IMG/VR virus record: IMGVR_UViG_3300012016_000699
Coordinates: 37,964-101,963 of that record
Strand: one strand, 5' to 3'
DNA: 64,000 nt
Source: a virus
Lineage: Duplodnaviria > Caudoviricetes
The position numbers and the translations under genes are program-made. Below are positions 18,181 to 27,759 of the stretch, piece by piece. Each line of letters begins with the position of its first letter. Positions within the stretch are counted from its first letter, which is position 1. The notes under the pieces were generated by a model. The model saw nothing but the letters and a program-made list of their open reading frames with translations. It did not search any database and had not been told where the DNA came from.

Positions 18181-18849
18181 ATGAAGATTATCTCCTACAA
18201 CATCCACCACTGCACACAGGAGAAGGTGGACAACATCATCAGACGCGGGGCGGACGTGTGCATCCTTCCCGAGATGTCAGATCCGGCAACGATGGCCATT
18301 CCAGCCGGATTCAATGCGTTCTGGACGGGCGACATCAGCTGGAAAGGGCTCGGCGTCATCGTCCGTCCCGGCATACAGGCAAGGGTTCCGGATTGGTTTA
18401 ACCCATCCAGCAAGTACTTCATCCCCCTCATCGTCAAAGGCATGCTGATAATTGCAGCCTGGCCGACGCGCAGGGAGTCCAATGAGCCGAAGGGCTACCC
18501 TCAGATAGCGCTGGAAGGCATCAGGGAGTATGCCGTGCACTTTGACGCATTTCCGACACTCATCAGCGGAGACCTCAACCTCTACATGGGGCAGCAGGAC
18601 GAGACGGAGGAATACTCCCTCCTGTCCTTCGCATCCCTCCTCAGACGCTACGGCATGGTAAGCGCCTACCATCACTTCACCCATGAGCTGTTCGGCGAGG
18701 AGTCGGTGGCAACCTATTACCACAGGTTCGACGAAAGCCAGCCGTTTTTCCTTGACTACACGTTCACGAACATTCCTGTGAAGAGGTACAGGCTCGTGAA
18801 GTGGAACGCCGGCTTCAGCGACCATGTGGCACAGTTCATAGACATCTGA
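18181..18849 (+). CDS. Endonuclease/exonuclease/phosphatase (EEP) family protein; moron
   Basis: MKIISYNI, DVCILPE, ISGDLN, FFLDY, FSDH; own promoter and terminator; opposite strand. Confidence 0.85.
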   Translation: MKIISYNIHHCTQEKVDNIIRRGADVCILPEMSDPATMAIPAGFNAFWTGDISWKGLGVIVRPGIQARVPDWFNPSSKYFIPLIVKGMLIIAAWPTRRESNEPKGYPQIALEGIREYAVHFDAFPTLISGDLNLYMGQQDETEEYSLLSFASLLRRYGMVSAYHHFTHELFGEESVATYYHRFDESQPFFLDYTFTNIPVKRYRLVKWNAGFSDHVAQFIDI

Positions 18850-18854
18850 AACTG

Positions 18855-18900
18855 AAAAAGGGAAGGCCGGCACCGTCATGGATACCAGCCTTCCCCTTTC
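18855..18900. terminator. Bidirectional terminator
   Basis: aaaaa-gggaaggccgg ... ccagccttccc-cttt between convergent genes. Confidence 0.65.
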
Positions 18901-18928
18901 CAGGATGTGCGGGAGGATTACCCCTCTC

Positions 18929-19159
18929 TTATCTTACTATCTGCGCGAGGCGTCCCATCACACGGTAATAGTGACGCTCTGTGAAGCCGTATTTTTCAGC
19001 CATCAGTGCAGCGACGAATGAAGTCTTCTCCCCTTCGTCAAGCAGCTTCCTTGCCTCGTCGTACATGCCAAGGAGCTCCACGTCTTCCGGCAATATGTGG
19101 TTCTTCGTGATTGCGCTCACCACGGCGCTGTTCTTTCTGAGAAAATCCGCGATATTCAT
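18929..19159 (-). CDS. Small HTH protein
   Basis: MAEKYGFTERHYYRVM helix-turn-helix-like C-terminus. Confidence 0.65.
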   Translation of the reverse strand: MNIADFLRKNSAVVSAITKNHILPEDVELLGMYDEARKLLDEGEKTSFVAALMAEKYGFTERHYYRVMGRLAQIVR

Positions 19160-19164
19160 AGCTT

Positions 19165-22100
19165 TTAAATTGAGTCGATGTTCTCTATTACCTCTACCCT
19201 TCTTTGTCCGTCGTTGATGTCCTCCACCGATACCACGGGTGCCGGCATGTTCTCTATGGTGTCAGCCATCTGCTCGACCATTCCGCTCTCAGCGGCGATG
19301 CCGTCACTGATCTGGCGGGAGTTCACAGGTGCACCACCGCCTATCTCTGAGAAGGAGGACGTGACAGGGGTAAAATCCAAGGGCTGCTGGACGGTGCCAG
19401 CGGCAAGTCCGAAGAGTTCCTTTTGGTCTGCCTTGGTGAAGTTCCCGCTCTTGCCAGTCAGGTCCTGGTGGAGGCGTTTCTGCTCGTCCTCATTGAGCAC
19501 CATCTCGCCCTTGTTGACCCTTATGAGCACCTTGTCGTCGTTGTTCTTCGGGTCATCGTCCTCGACGATACCTCCGTGTGCGAACTTCGCGCTGTTGACA
19601 GTGCTGACGGCCGTAGCGACGTTGGCAAGCACGGTGGCAACCGTCTGGGCGATGGCGAGGAGGTTGGACGGGTAAGGCATCTTTGCTGCCGACGCGATAC
19701 CGCTGGAGAGCGCCTTACCTGTATCAATGGCAATCTGTGCAAGGGTCACGACCTTCGACAGCTTGGCCATGGCCTCGTTGTTCTTTCCGATGGCATCCAT
19801 GAGCTTGATGAGACCGCCGGTAACCTGCGATGCGGCACTGAGCCTTGCGTTCTCTACCTCGGCCTCATATTCCTGGACGGCCTTCTCCTTCTCGGCAAGC
19901 TGCTGCTTGGCCTCGATAAGCTCCTCGTTGTACTCCTCGGTAGTCTGGTTCTCCTGCTCCCCGCGCTCCATAAGCATGTCAAGGTACTCCTGCGCCTGTT
20001 CCCTCTGGAGGTCGAGCATCTCACGCTGTTCCTCATAGGTGCGGTCGTCCTTGAGCATCAGCTCGTCGATCTGGTTCTGGTAGACGAGCTTCATCTTCTC
20101 GATCTGCTCATTGTCGAACTCATCCTGCGCCTCTGCCATCTTCATGCGCTGCTCTTCGTCAGCCTGCTCACGCTGCTGGCTGTAGGAGTCAAGGATCCCC
20201 TGCTCGGTCTCCATTCGTGCCTCGATGGCGGATATCTCCTCTTCGGAGCGTCCCTCCTCCACGGCACGGGACATCTCCTTCGAAAGCTCCAGCACGTGGT
20301 TCTGCTGCTCCTGGATCTTCTCGTCGAGGATGCTGCGGCGGTTGTCATACTCCACCGTCAGCTGCTCCTGTACGAGGGCGAGACGTTCCTCTGAGCCCTT
20401 CTTGGTAAGCTCTATCTCCTTCGAAAGCTCCTGTGAGCGTGCCTCGGCAAGTGCCCTCACGCGCCCGTCATCGAACTCCTGGAGCTTGCGCTGCTTGTCC
20501 CTCTCAAGGTTTATGATCTGCTCGTTGAGGCTCTTCTTGGCATCCTCGGTGAGCTTCGCCTCGGTGGCAAGCTTCGTCTTCAGCGCTGCTATCTGGTTAT
20601 CGTACTCGACATTGATGGCAGCCCTCTGGCGTGCGAGGTTACTGGTGATGATGGCCAGCATCTGCTTTTCACCGTCGGCGAGGATCTTCGCCATCTGCGC
20701 CTGGTGGCGCGCCTCCTCCTTCTCCTCGCGCTCACGCTCCTTGGCGGCCTTCTTCGCAGCGTCGGAGTCCTTCTTCTCGTCGGCGTCGGACTTGACTGGC
20801 GTAGGCTTGGTACCGCCGGACGGCTTGTTCACGTCCGGGATATCGGGGTTGTCGACGGTCACGGGGATGACGATGGGCGGCACGTCGGCCGACTTCACTG
20901 TGTTCTTGATGCCGTCAATGGCGGACATCACGGTGTCGGAGATGGCTCCACCGATGCCCTTGGCCACGTCTGCTACGGCCTGTGCCACGCCCTTGCCTGC
21001 CTCTATGGCACCCTCCTTGATGAGGCTCCAGTCGGCATTGAGCACGCCCTGTATGACCTTGCCCAGACCCATGAGGGTGTTGATGAGCTCCTTGAGGACG
21101 CTGAACACGGCCTTGAAGACGTTGGAGATGATGCCCCACCCTGCCTTCACTACGGTGATGATACCCTGTATCGGGGCACGGACAGCCCACGAGCGGTTAT
21201 AGAGGTCTATGAACTTGTTCGTCAGCTCCACGACCCACTTCAGCAGACTGATGAGCCCCTCGGTGATGTAGGTCTTGGCCTGCACAGTGATGGCCTCGAA
21301 GCCCTTGTCGGTGACGTCGAACATAGCGGACACGACGTTGTTCAGCTCCTTCTGCGTCTCCATCTGCTTGCGGGTTGCCTCGCCGTACTCGCCCGTGACC
21401 TTCTTCACCTCCTCGATGTCCTTGGTCATCGTGTCGAGCTGCTCAATCAACTGGAGGCCTGCGGATGCGCCCTGTCTGCCGAACACGTCCTTGAGGACGT
21501 TGCCAACCTCCTGCGAGTCCTGCGGGAGCTCACGGAGCTTCGCCGACACTTCCTGTATGACGTCGAAGGTGGACTTCGCACCGCTGGAGAGGTCTTCCTC
21601 CACCTGCTTGGCACTGATGCCGATACCGTTAAGCGCTGACTCCGTGCCAGTGGCCATCTCGCGGATCTTCTTCGAGGCCATTGCTATGAGGTCCATGCCT
21701 CCCTCAGAGAATATGCCGGATCGGGTCTGTGCCATGATGGCCATCATCTCGTCGGCTGCGATGCCTGCGTCATGGAACTGCGGGGCAAGGTCCTTTATCT
21801 TGCTGAGCATATTGCCCCCCTCGTCGGCTCCGGCCTGGAAACCGTCTTGTATGACGGTCATGGCCTGCTCTGCCGTCAGGCCGTACTGAGACATCAGGGC
21901 ATCAGTGGTCTCCAGCACCTCCTTGTAGTCCTTGCCATAGACATCGGCCGTAGCCTGTATCTCATTGCGGACGGCTTTGAGGCTGTTGCCGGAAAGCCCA
22001 AGGAACTCCTTCGTCAGCCTCGTGGCCTCAGCCAGCCCCTGGTTGTAGTCAAACCACCACTTGAAAACCGTACCCGCACCTGCTATGCCTGCGAGGGCGA

Positions 22101-22722
22101 GAAACACTGGATTGGCAAGGAAGCCTGCCAGCGTCTTCAGGAAAGCAGCCGCAGACGTCTTGGCACTGTCAAACATCCCGGACAGGCCGGAACCGCTCTT
22201 GGTCATGTTGAGCAGCGAGGAGGCAAAGCTGTTGTTCAGCCCGAAGGCGTTCTTGATGGCCTCCTCGTAGTTGCCGACGTTGCGGGAGAATACGCCTATG
22301 GCCTCCTCCGCCTGCTTGATGTCATCGTTGGTCTCCTTGATGAGTTTCTGCAGGGCCACTCCCTGCGCACTCTCACGCTCAGCCTTGCTGAGGGCGTAGT
22401 ACTCAGCCTTCTGCCTGGCCAGTGCAGCACGGAGGGCATCCACGCTGTCGACCTGCGACTTCTCGAACTTGATGTTGTCCTGGATCTCCTTGGAGAGGTT
22501 GCGCACCTCCGTCTGGTACTCCTTCGTGGCTTCACGGATGGCGGCGAGCTCCCTGTGGTACTCGGAACGGGACACCTTGCCCGCATTGAGCTCCATCTTC
22601 AGCTCCTTCTCGCGTTCCTTCAGGCCCTCGATCTTCTTCTGGTAGTCCGCGATGCCCTTGATGGCGTTGTTGTAGTCCACGCGGATGCTGAGGATCTTCT
22701 CTACTGCTTCCTTGTTGTTCAT
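19165..22722 (-). CDS. Tape measure protein
   Basis: 1185 aa, helical; RNVGNY, long coiled coils, KFAHGG. Confidence 0.92.
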   Translation of the reverse strand: MNNKEAVEKILSIRVDYNNAIKGIADYQKKIEGLKEREKELKMELNAGKVSRSEYHRELAAIREATKEYQTEVRNLSKEIQDNIKFEKSQVDSVDALRAALARQKAEYYALSKAERESAQGVALQKLIKETNDDIKQAEEAIGVFSRNVGNYEEAIKNAFGLNNSFASSLLNMTKSGSGLSGMFDSAKTSAAAFLKTLAGFLANPVFLALAGIAGAGTVFKWWFDYNQGLAEATRLTKEFLGLSGNSLKAVRNEIQATADVYGKDYKEVLETTDALMSQYGLTAEQAMTVIQDGFQAGADEGGNMLSKIKDLAPQFHDAGIAADEMMAIMAQTRSGIFSEGGMDLIAMASKKIREMATGTESALNGIGISAKQVEEDLSSGAKSTFDVIQEVSAKLRELPQDSQEVGNVLKDVFGRQGASAGLQLIEQLDTMTKDIEEVKKVTGEYGEATRKQMETQKELNNVVSAMFDVTDKGFEAITVQAKTYITEGLISLLKWVVELTNKFIDLYNRSWAVRAPIQGIITVVKAGWGIISNVFKAVFSVLKELINTLMGLGKVIQGVLNADWSLIKEGAIEAGKGVAQAVADVAKGIGGAISDTVMSAIDGIKNTVKSADVPPIVIPVTVDNPDIPDVNKPSGGTKPTPVKSDADEKKDSDAAKKAAKEREREEKEEARHQAQMAKILADGEKQMLAIITSNLARQRAAINVEYDNQIAALKTKLATEAKLTEDAKKSLNEQIINLERDKQRKLQEFDDGRVRALAEARSQELSKEIELTKKGSEERLALVQEQLTVEYDNRRSILDEKIQEQQNHVLELSKEMSRAVEEGRSEEEISAIEARMETEQGILDSYSQQREQADEEQRMKMAEAQDEFDNEQIEKMKLVYQNQIDELMLKDDRTYEEQREMLDLQREQAQEYLDMLMERGEQENQTTEEYNEELIEAKQQLAEKEKAVQEYEAEVENARLSAASQVTGGLIKLMDAIGKNNEAMAKLSKVVTLAQIAIDTGKALSSGIASAAKMPYPSNLLAIAQTVATVLANVATAVSTVNSAKFAHGGIVEDDDPKNNDDKVLIRVNKGEMVLNEDEQKRLHQDLTGKSGNFTKADQKELFGLAAGTVQQPLDFTPVTSSFSEIGGGAPVNSRQISDGIAAESGMVEQMADTIENMPAPVVSVEDINDGQRRVEVIENIDSI

Positions 22723-22726
22723 AATG

Positions 22727-25030
22727 TCAGTTGTTTAAAAGTGAGTTGGGTATTCGCACGAGCTCGACGGTACATTCGCCTTCGCTCTTGCGCTTGATTG
22801 AGATGACTCCAAAATAGCTGGAATACTGTCTGAGGAATACGGGGACGGTGAAGTTGAGGTCACGGAGCGTCACCTCGTCGATGTCCATCGTCACCTTGAT
22901 GATGTACGGCGTCTTCAGGATCTCCTCGAAGACCCTGTACCGCTGGCGGACTATGCTGTCGGGGTCTGCGAAGGACAGCCCCTCGAAGGACAGCTTGTCG
23001 AGATTCTTGGTGAACAGGTTCTCCGTGGTCAGCGGCATCGACCAGTAGCTGCTCTTCACCCTGCGCCCTATATGGGGCTTGGCTTCCTTGAACACGAATC
23101 CCGCCACGTCCTCCACACAGTTCCTGTAGATGTTGAGAATCTGAAACCGTATCAGCATCCAGCCTGTCGGCAGGGAGTACGATGTCTGAACCGTGCCGTT
23201 CTCGAAGACCGGAACCAGTGCCCTGCCGTCATCCATCTGGCCATGGGAGGCGAAAGGCAGCGTGAAGAGATCGTCCTCATCGTTAAGGCTCTCGTCGGCC
23301 ACGTCGAAGTAGCCGGAATATTTCGGGTTGTCCTCATCATCGTCCTTGTAGCGCATCCAGTTGCGCCTGTTGAAGTTAGACACTGAAAGCGATATCGACT
23401 TCGGCAGCACGGGGTTTCCGGTAACGAAGTCCGACCAGTCAGGGGCATATGGCATGTTGTCTATGAGCTTCCCGTACCTTGCGAAGCACAGCTCGCCGTC
23501 CTTCATGTAGGGGAACATGCCTGTCAGTCTCAGCACGCCCTTGATGAAATCCATCGGCTTCATGTCCGGCATGTTCGGCTCCAAGTATAATTCGTGGCCG
23601 ACAAGCTTCTCGTTACTGTAGGGCTCGATGTACGACCCTTCCGTGAACACAGGCGTCACCGTCGCGTAGTTGTCGTAGGCCTGCGGATAAGTCCCTGTCC
23701 TCATGGAGGTCAGCGTGGCCTTCTCGATGTCGAAGGCAGGCTTGTAGTAGAAGAACGCCCGTGACACGCCCTTTAGCATGAAGCGGCGGATCCTGCGCAG
23801 TGACTTGAGTGCATCGACGCTTTTGATGCCCGTGATATCCCCAATCTCCAGACCGTCATTGCTCTCAGACTCCTCTTCATCGTTCTCGAAGCGTACCTCG
23901 AAGTACGTCACGGAATGGGTGGCGTCGACAGGTCTGCGCCACTCCCCAGAGACGAAGGTTGGCTTCAGCGAGAGCACGGAGGTGACGTCTTCGGTGCCTG
24001 TGCCGTTCATCAGCTCCAGCGTCAGGTTCTGCAGCAGGAATGCCTCCATCCACTCGGTTGTCCTCACCCTCGTGTTGAGCTCTACGTCTTCCTCGCAAAC
24101 GAACAGGCGGATGTGTGGCTTGACCTTGTATTTCATCAGCTCATGCTTTCCTATCCAGCCGCAGAAGTACTGCGAGTAGTCACCGTCGTAGGCTCCCGTA
24201 ACCCTTGGATTGAAGAACGGGGATGAGTAGACGGGTGAGAAGGAGTTCAGGGTCCTCATGCCAGAGCCGAGGATCCTCACATGCCCGTCATCGGCACAGG
24301 TGGCGCCGAAGTCCTCACGGAATACCGAGTAGTACTGTCCTTTCTCGGTGTCATTCAGCGTCGTCATCGGACAGTAGAGGCTGTTGAGAAGGTCATCATC
24401 ATCCTCCGTGGCGATCATCGTGTTGAGGCTGTGCGGAATTCCATAGTGGTCGAGCAGCCTGGCGATGATCCACGTCACCTTGAACGACGGCAGCGTTCCG
24501 ATGTATCGGACGGGCGGTACGCCGTTGTAGTAGTCCAGCGCGAGGACGTTGTCATGCAGGTTGGGGTCGATAATGGAGTTGTAGTAATCCTCATAGGGCA
24601 CGGTGTGCATGACCTCGTTGCCATTCAGGTCGGTACTGAGGACCTCCGGTATCTTCCGCTCCTCCTCGCTCATCTCCTTGAAGCCGGTGACCGCGTTCCA
24701 TGTCAGCGTTATCTTGTAGTTCTCGCCGTCAGTTCCCATGAGATAGGCGTTGGCGTCACCAAGCAGGTCCACGCCGTTGCAGTAGTAGCGGGCACTCATG
24801 CGCTTGCCGACGACGGCCCTGGTGTCCTCCGCCTCAGCCTTCTCCATCGTCTCCATGCTTGCGAAGATACGTCTGTTGTGCTGCGTCATCGGCAGCTTCA
24901 CTGTATAGCTGTGGGAGGCGACATACTTGCTGATGTCGCTGAAGATGACACTCTTCCATTCCAGCGTGATGTTCGTATCTCCGATATTCACGCGGCTCCC
25001 GTTGATGAATAACTCCTCGTACTGTTTCAT
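22727..25030 (-). CDS. Tail/baseplate hub protein (start revised to ATG 25030)
   Basis: ELFING..SHSYTVKLPMTQHNRRIF, NMPDMKPMDFIKG, PVFLRQYSSYF. Confidence 0.75.
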   Translation of the reverse strand: MKQYEELFINGSRVNIGDTNITLEWKSVIFSDISKYVASHSYTVKLPMTQHNRRIFASMETMEKAEAEDTRAVVGKRMSARYYCNGVDLLGDANAYLMGTDGENYKITLTWNAVTGFKEMSEEERKIPEVLSTDLNGNEVMHTVPYEDYYNSIIDPNLHDNVLALDYYNGVPPVRYIGTLPSFKVTWIIARLLDHYGIPHSLNTMIATEDDDDLLNSLYCPMTTLNDTEKGQYYSVFREDFGATCADDGHVRILGSGMRTLNSFSPVYSSPFFNPRVTGAYDGDYSQYFCGWIGKHELMKYKVKPHIRLFVCEEDVELNTRVRTTEWMEAFLLQNLTLELMNGTGTEDVTSVLSLKPTFVSGEWRRPVDATHSVTYFEVRFENDEEESESNDGLEIGDITGIKSVDALKSLRRIRRFMLKGVSRAFFYYKPAFDIEKATLTSMRTGTYPQAYDNYATVTPVFTEGSYIEPYSNEKLVGHELYLEPNMPDMKPMDFIKGVLRLTGMFPYMKDGELCFARYGKLIDNMPYAPDWSDFVTGNPVLPKSISLSVSNFNRRNWMRYKDDDEDNPKYSGYFDVADESLNDEDDLFTLPFASHGQMDDGRALVPVFENGTVQTSYSLPTGWMLIRFQILNIYRNCVEDVAGFVFKEAKPHIGRRVKSSYWSMPLTTENLFTKNLDKLSFEGLSFADPDSIVRQRYRVFEEILKTPYIIKVTMDIDEVTLRDLNFTVPVFLRQYSSYFGVISIKRKSEGECTVELVRIPNSLLNN

Positions 25031-25032
25031 GA

Positions 25033-25215
25033 CTATTGTATTTTTATGACGTGGGAAATGATGATGCAGGCTACGATGCCGACAAGACACACCCCGCTGA
25101 CAATCAGCATGAGGATGTAGTCGTACTCCATTGCCTCATCTGCCGTGGCTTTGCCGCTGTTCACCTTCCTTGCCAGCATCATGAGCCGGCAGAACGATTT
25201 CCTGAAATCTGTCAT
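25033..25215 (-). CDS. Small single-TM protein
   Basis: Hydrophobic ILMLIVSGVCLVGIVACIII; ATGA overlap. Confidence 0.5.
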   Translation of the reverse strand: MTDFRKSFCRLMMLARKVNSGKATADEAMEYDYILMLIVSGVCLVGIVACIIISHVIKIQ

Positions 25216-26147
25216 AGCGACTGTGCGTTTACGTTAGGCAGCTCTATCTCGAACTTGAAGTCCTGCAGCACGTCCATGGACCGCTTGATGGTACCCTTGG
25301 CGATACGCACGGGCTCCCAGCCCACGATGGTGCTCGGGTGGTAGAGGTCAATGACAGGCGATGTGAGGATACCCTCGAGCATCGTGTACTCCTCCTCCGT
25401 CACGTTCGGTGCGCACAGCTCCTGTGACACTTCCCCGAAGAAATACTGCTGGCGCTTGATGTTGCGGAAGCTGTTTCCCTGCCTGTCGGCATAGTTCATC
25501 GTCATCTCAGCTCCTCCCTTATTGTTGCGGACTTCACGGACGCCCTTGTCAAACAGCCAGTACTGCAGCAGTCCGTGGCGGTCTATCCAGCGGAGGAAGA
25601 GGCCGTCCCTGCTCTCGTCGTGTATGAAGGAGATATTGGCGATGGCACCTGCGCGGAAGGTGAAGTCGAAGGTATAGTCGAAGGGAGAGACGGTCATGTA
25701 CTGGTCGTTGCGGATATCCAGATCCTGTATCATGCCGCCTGTGAAGACGCTGACGCGCTGCGGCCAGTTGTCGAACCAGCGCACCGTCCTCTTGCCGTTG
25801 AAGGTCTCCCCTGGGGCGATGTTGCCCCAGATGGCCACCGTCTGGAATCCGAAGACGACACTGCCGTCGACGATGAGCTGGGCGTTCACGTCCACGCTAC
25901 GCTTCTCGGTGATGCTGTAGGAGTCGAAGAAGAGCTGGAGGATCCTTGCGATGTTCGCTGTCACCATCCCGCCATAGGCGGCATACGTCAAGGTGTACGA
26001 GGTGACGTCCATATCCACTGCAGCGGAGATCCTTATATCCACGCTGCTCTTGTTGAACCCTGTGATTTTCACATAGGTCGGGTTGAAGGCAAAGCATATC
26101 TCGTCTGGATATGTGATGTTGCCGAAACTGAAGATGGCTGTTCTCAT
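25212..26147 (-). CDS. Minor (distal) tail protein
   Basis: YPDEICFAFNP, FLRWIDRHG..YWLF, ILTSPVIDLY. Confidence 0.7.
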   Translation of the reverse strand: MRTAIFSFGNITYPDEICFAFNPTYVKITGFNKSSVDIRISAAVDMDVTSYTLTYAAYGGMVTANIARILQLFFDSYSITEKRSVDVNAQLIVDGSVVFGFQTVAIWGNIAPGETFNGKRTVRWFDNWPQRVSVFTGGMIQDLDIRNDQYMTVSPFDYTFDFTFRAGAIANISFIHDESRDGLFLRWIDRHGLLQYWLFDKGVREVRNNKGGAEMTMNYADRQGNSFRNIKRQQYFFGEVSQELCAPNVTEEEYTMLEGILTSPVIDLYHPSTIVGWEPVRIAKGTIKRSMDVLQDFKFEIELPNVNAQSL

Positions 26148-26644
26148 TCTTTACTGTATTTGTCGTTGATAGTATGTATCTGGTCTGCGAAGTAGATGCC
26201 GACGTCCGCCGAAAGCCTTTCCAGCGACTCGTTCAGCGCCTCCGTATAGATATCACGCGGCGTTCCGCTGCGGTAGAGCACAGTCCCCCGTGTCATGATG
26301 GTGTATGCGATGGCACCCGATAGGGACCGGACCTTCTGGTCTGAGGTCATCTTGGAGGCGTCCCTGCCCTTCGGCGAGTAGCCGTCGGCGCTGATGCCCT
26401 TGTCACGTACCCATTGCTCGATGATGCCGAAGAAGCCCGCAGGGACCTTACCTGGGCCGCGCCCGTGCTCCAGCTGCTGGAGGTGCTTCGATCCCCACAG
26501 CGTACCCTCGTTGCCGCTGACGGTGACCTTCAGCGACCTGGCCGTTGCACCGGACGCCTTCACGCCGGAGGAGGCAATCTTTTCCTCGATGGCAGTCTTG
26601 AGCCGGTTGAGCTCATCTGTGAGCATGGTCTTTACGTCAGCCAT
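26144..26644 (-). CDS. Neck/tail-completion protein (HK97 gp10-like)
   Basis: ASGATARSL, LEHGRGPGKVP, IEQWV..KGI, IAYTI..GT. Confidence 0.7.
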   Translation of the reverse strand: MADVKTMLTDELNRLKTAIEEKIASSGVKASGATARSLKVTVSGNEGTLWGSKHLQQLEHGRGPGKVPAGFFGIIEQWVRDKGISADGYSPKGRDASKMTSDQKVRSLSGAIAYTIMTRGTVLYRSGTPRDIYTEALNESLERLSADVGIYFADQIHTINDKYSKE

Positions 26645-27158
26645 TTCTCGGTATGTTTATGTCACACAACCTTACTCCCTTCTGCTCCTTGATGCGTGGC
26701 GAGATGATAATCCCGCTCACTCCCTGGTCAAGGCGGTCGATGACACTCTGGTAAGGGATGTCCTCCGGCAGTGCATCGAAGAGGCGGGATTCGTTGAAAG
26801 CCTTGATGAAACGGTAGCAGAGACGCTTCATGCGTTCGATGACACAGTCCTCGCTGACGGCATTGTCGTCGTGGGCCGTCTTGTCAAGGAATGCGAACTG
26901 GCAGTCCGGCTGGTCCTTGATCTGGTCGTTCTTGACGCGCAGGTTGCCCGACACGGGCTGTATGAACACGATGGCCGGATAGCTGAGGTGGTCGAAGTCC
27001 ATGTTCACCCTCGTCCAGTCATTGTAAGCATAGTTCACACCGAGCGGAAGGACTATGGAGCGTACCTTGCCCTCCACTGTCCCCAGCTGATCTACAGAGT
27101 CTGCTGCCACAGATGAGGCGACAGACCTCTTCCTTGGGTCGTTGTTGTCTAATTTCAT
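26637..27158 (-). CDS. Tail terminator-like protein
   Basis: Size, position and beta-rich pattern. Confidence 0.55.
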   Translation of the reverse strand: MKLDNNDPRKRSVASSVAADSVDQLGTVEGKVRSIVLPLGVNYAYNDWTRVNMDFDHLSYPAIVFIQPVSGNLRVKNDQIKDQPDCQFAFLDKTAHDDNAVSEDCVIERMKRLCYRFIKAFNESRLFDALPEDIPYQSVIDRLDQGVSGIIISPRIKEQKGVRLCDINIPRNG

Positions 27159-27754
27159 CTCTTCCTGTTCTGGTTCTTACGTTTATACACTTCGCGCAGG
27201 CGCTTCTCATACTTGCCCTGCTCATTGTCGTTCTTCATACACTGCCATATGCGCACCCATGGCACTGATCGCACCTCGTTCTGGTCTGCTATGCCCATGC
27301 GCCTGGCGTACCAGTCGAGCACTCCGAAGGAGCCGAACTTCAGTTTCTCTATACCCGCCATCTTCTCTTCTGCATCGAATTCAGGACGGATGGAGGAAAA
27401 GTAGCCGTTGATGCGCTCCACCTCCCTGTTGCAGAAGGACACGAATCCGAGTATGCGGTCTGCACGCTCCCTCATGATGTCCTTGTCTTCCACGCCGAGT
27501 ATGACCTTGCAGCAGTTGATGATGGCACCAAGCCCTTCAGGATTGTCGTGCAGGTCGTCCAGCTGCCCGTAGGTGACGAGATTAAGGTTCTCCGGCGTTT
27601 CGACACCGCAGACGAACGCCGGGCGCGGCAAATCACTGATGACCCCGTACTGCTCCCGCTTCACCTCCTCCGCCACCGTGGCGAAAATGGTGATGTATTC
27701 TCTGAAGGAGAGGAACTTCCTCCCTGTCAGGTGTTTCCTGTTTCTGAGCTTCAT
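27155..27754 (-). CDS. Tail assembly chaperone-like/conserved protein
   Basis: EEKMAGIEKLKFG.FGVLDWYARRMGI..V..VPW. Confidence 0.55.
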   Translation of the reverse strand: MKLRNRKHLTGRKFLSFREYITIFATVAEEVKREQYGVISDLPRPAFVCGVETPENLNLVTYGQLDDLHDNPEGLGAIINCCKVILGVEDKDIMRERADRILGFVSFCNREVERINGYFSSIRPEFDAEEKMAGIEKLKFGSFGVLDWYARRMGIADQNEVRSVPWVRIWQCMKNDNEQGKYEKRLREVYKRKNQNRKR

Positions 27755-27759
27755 CTTTC

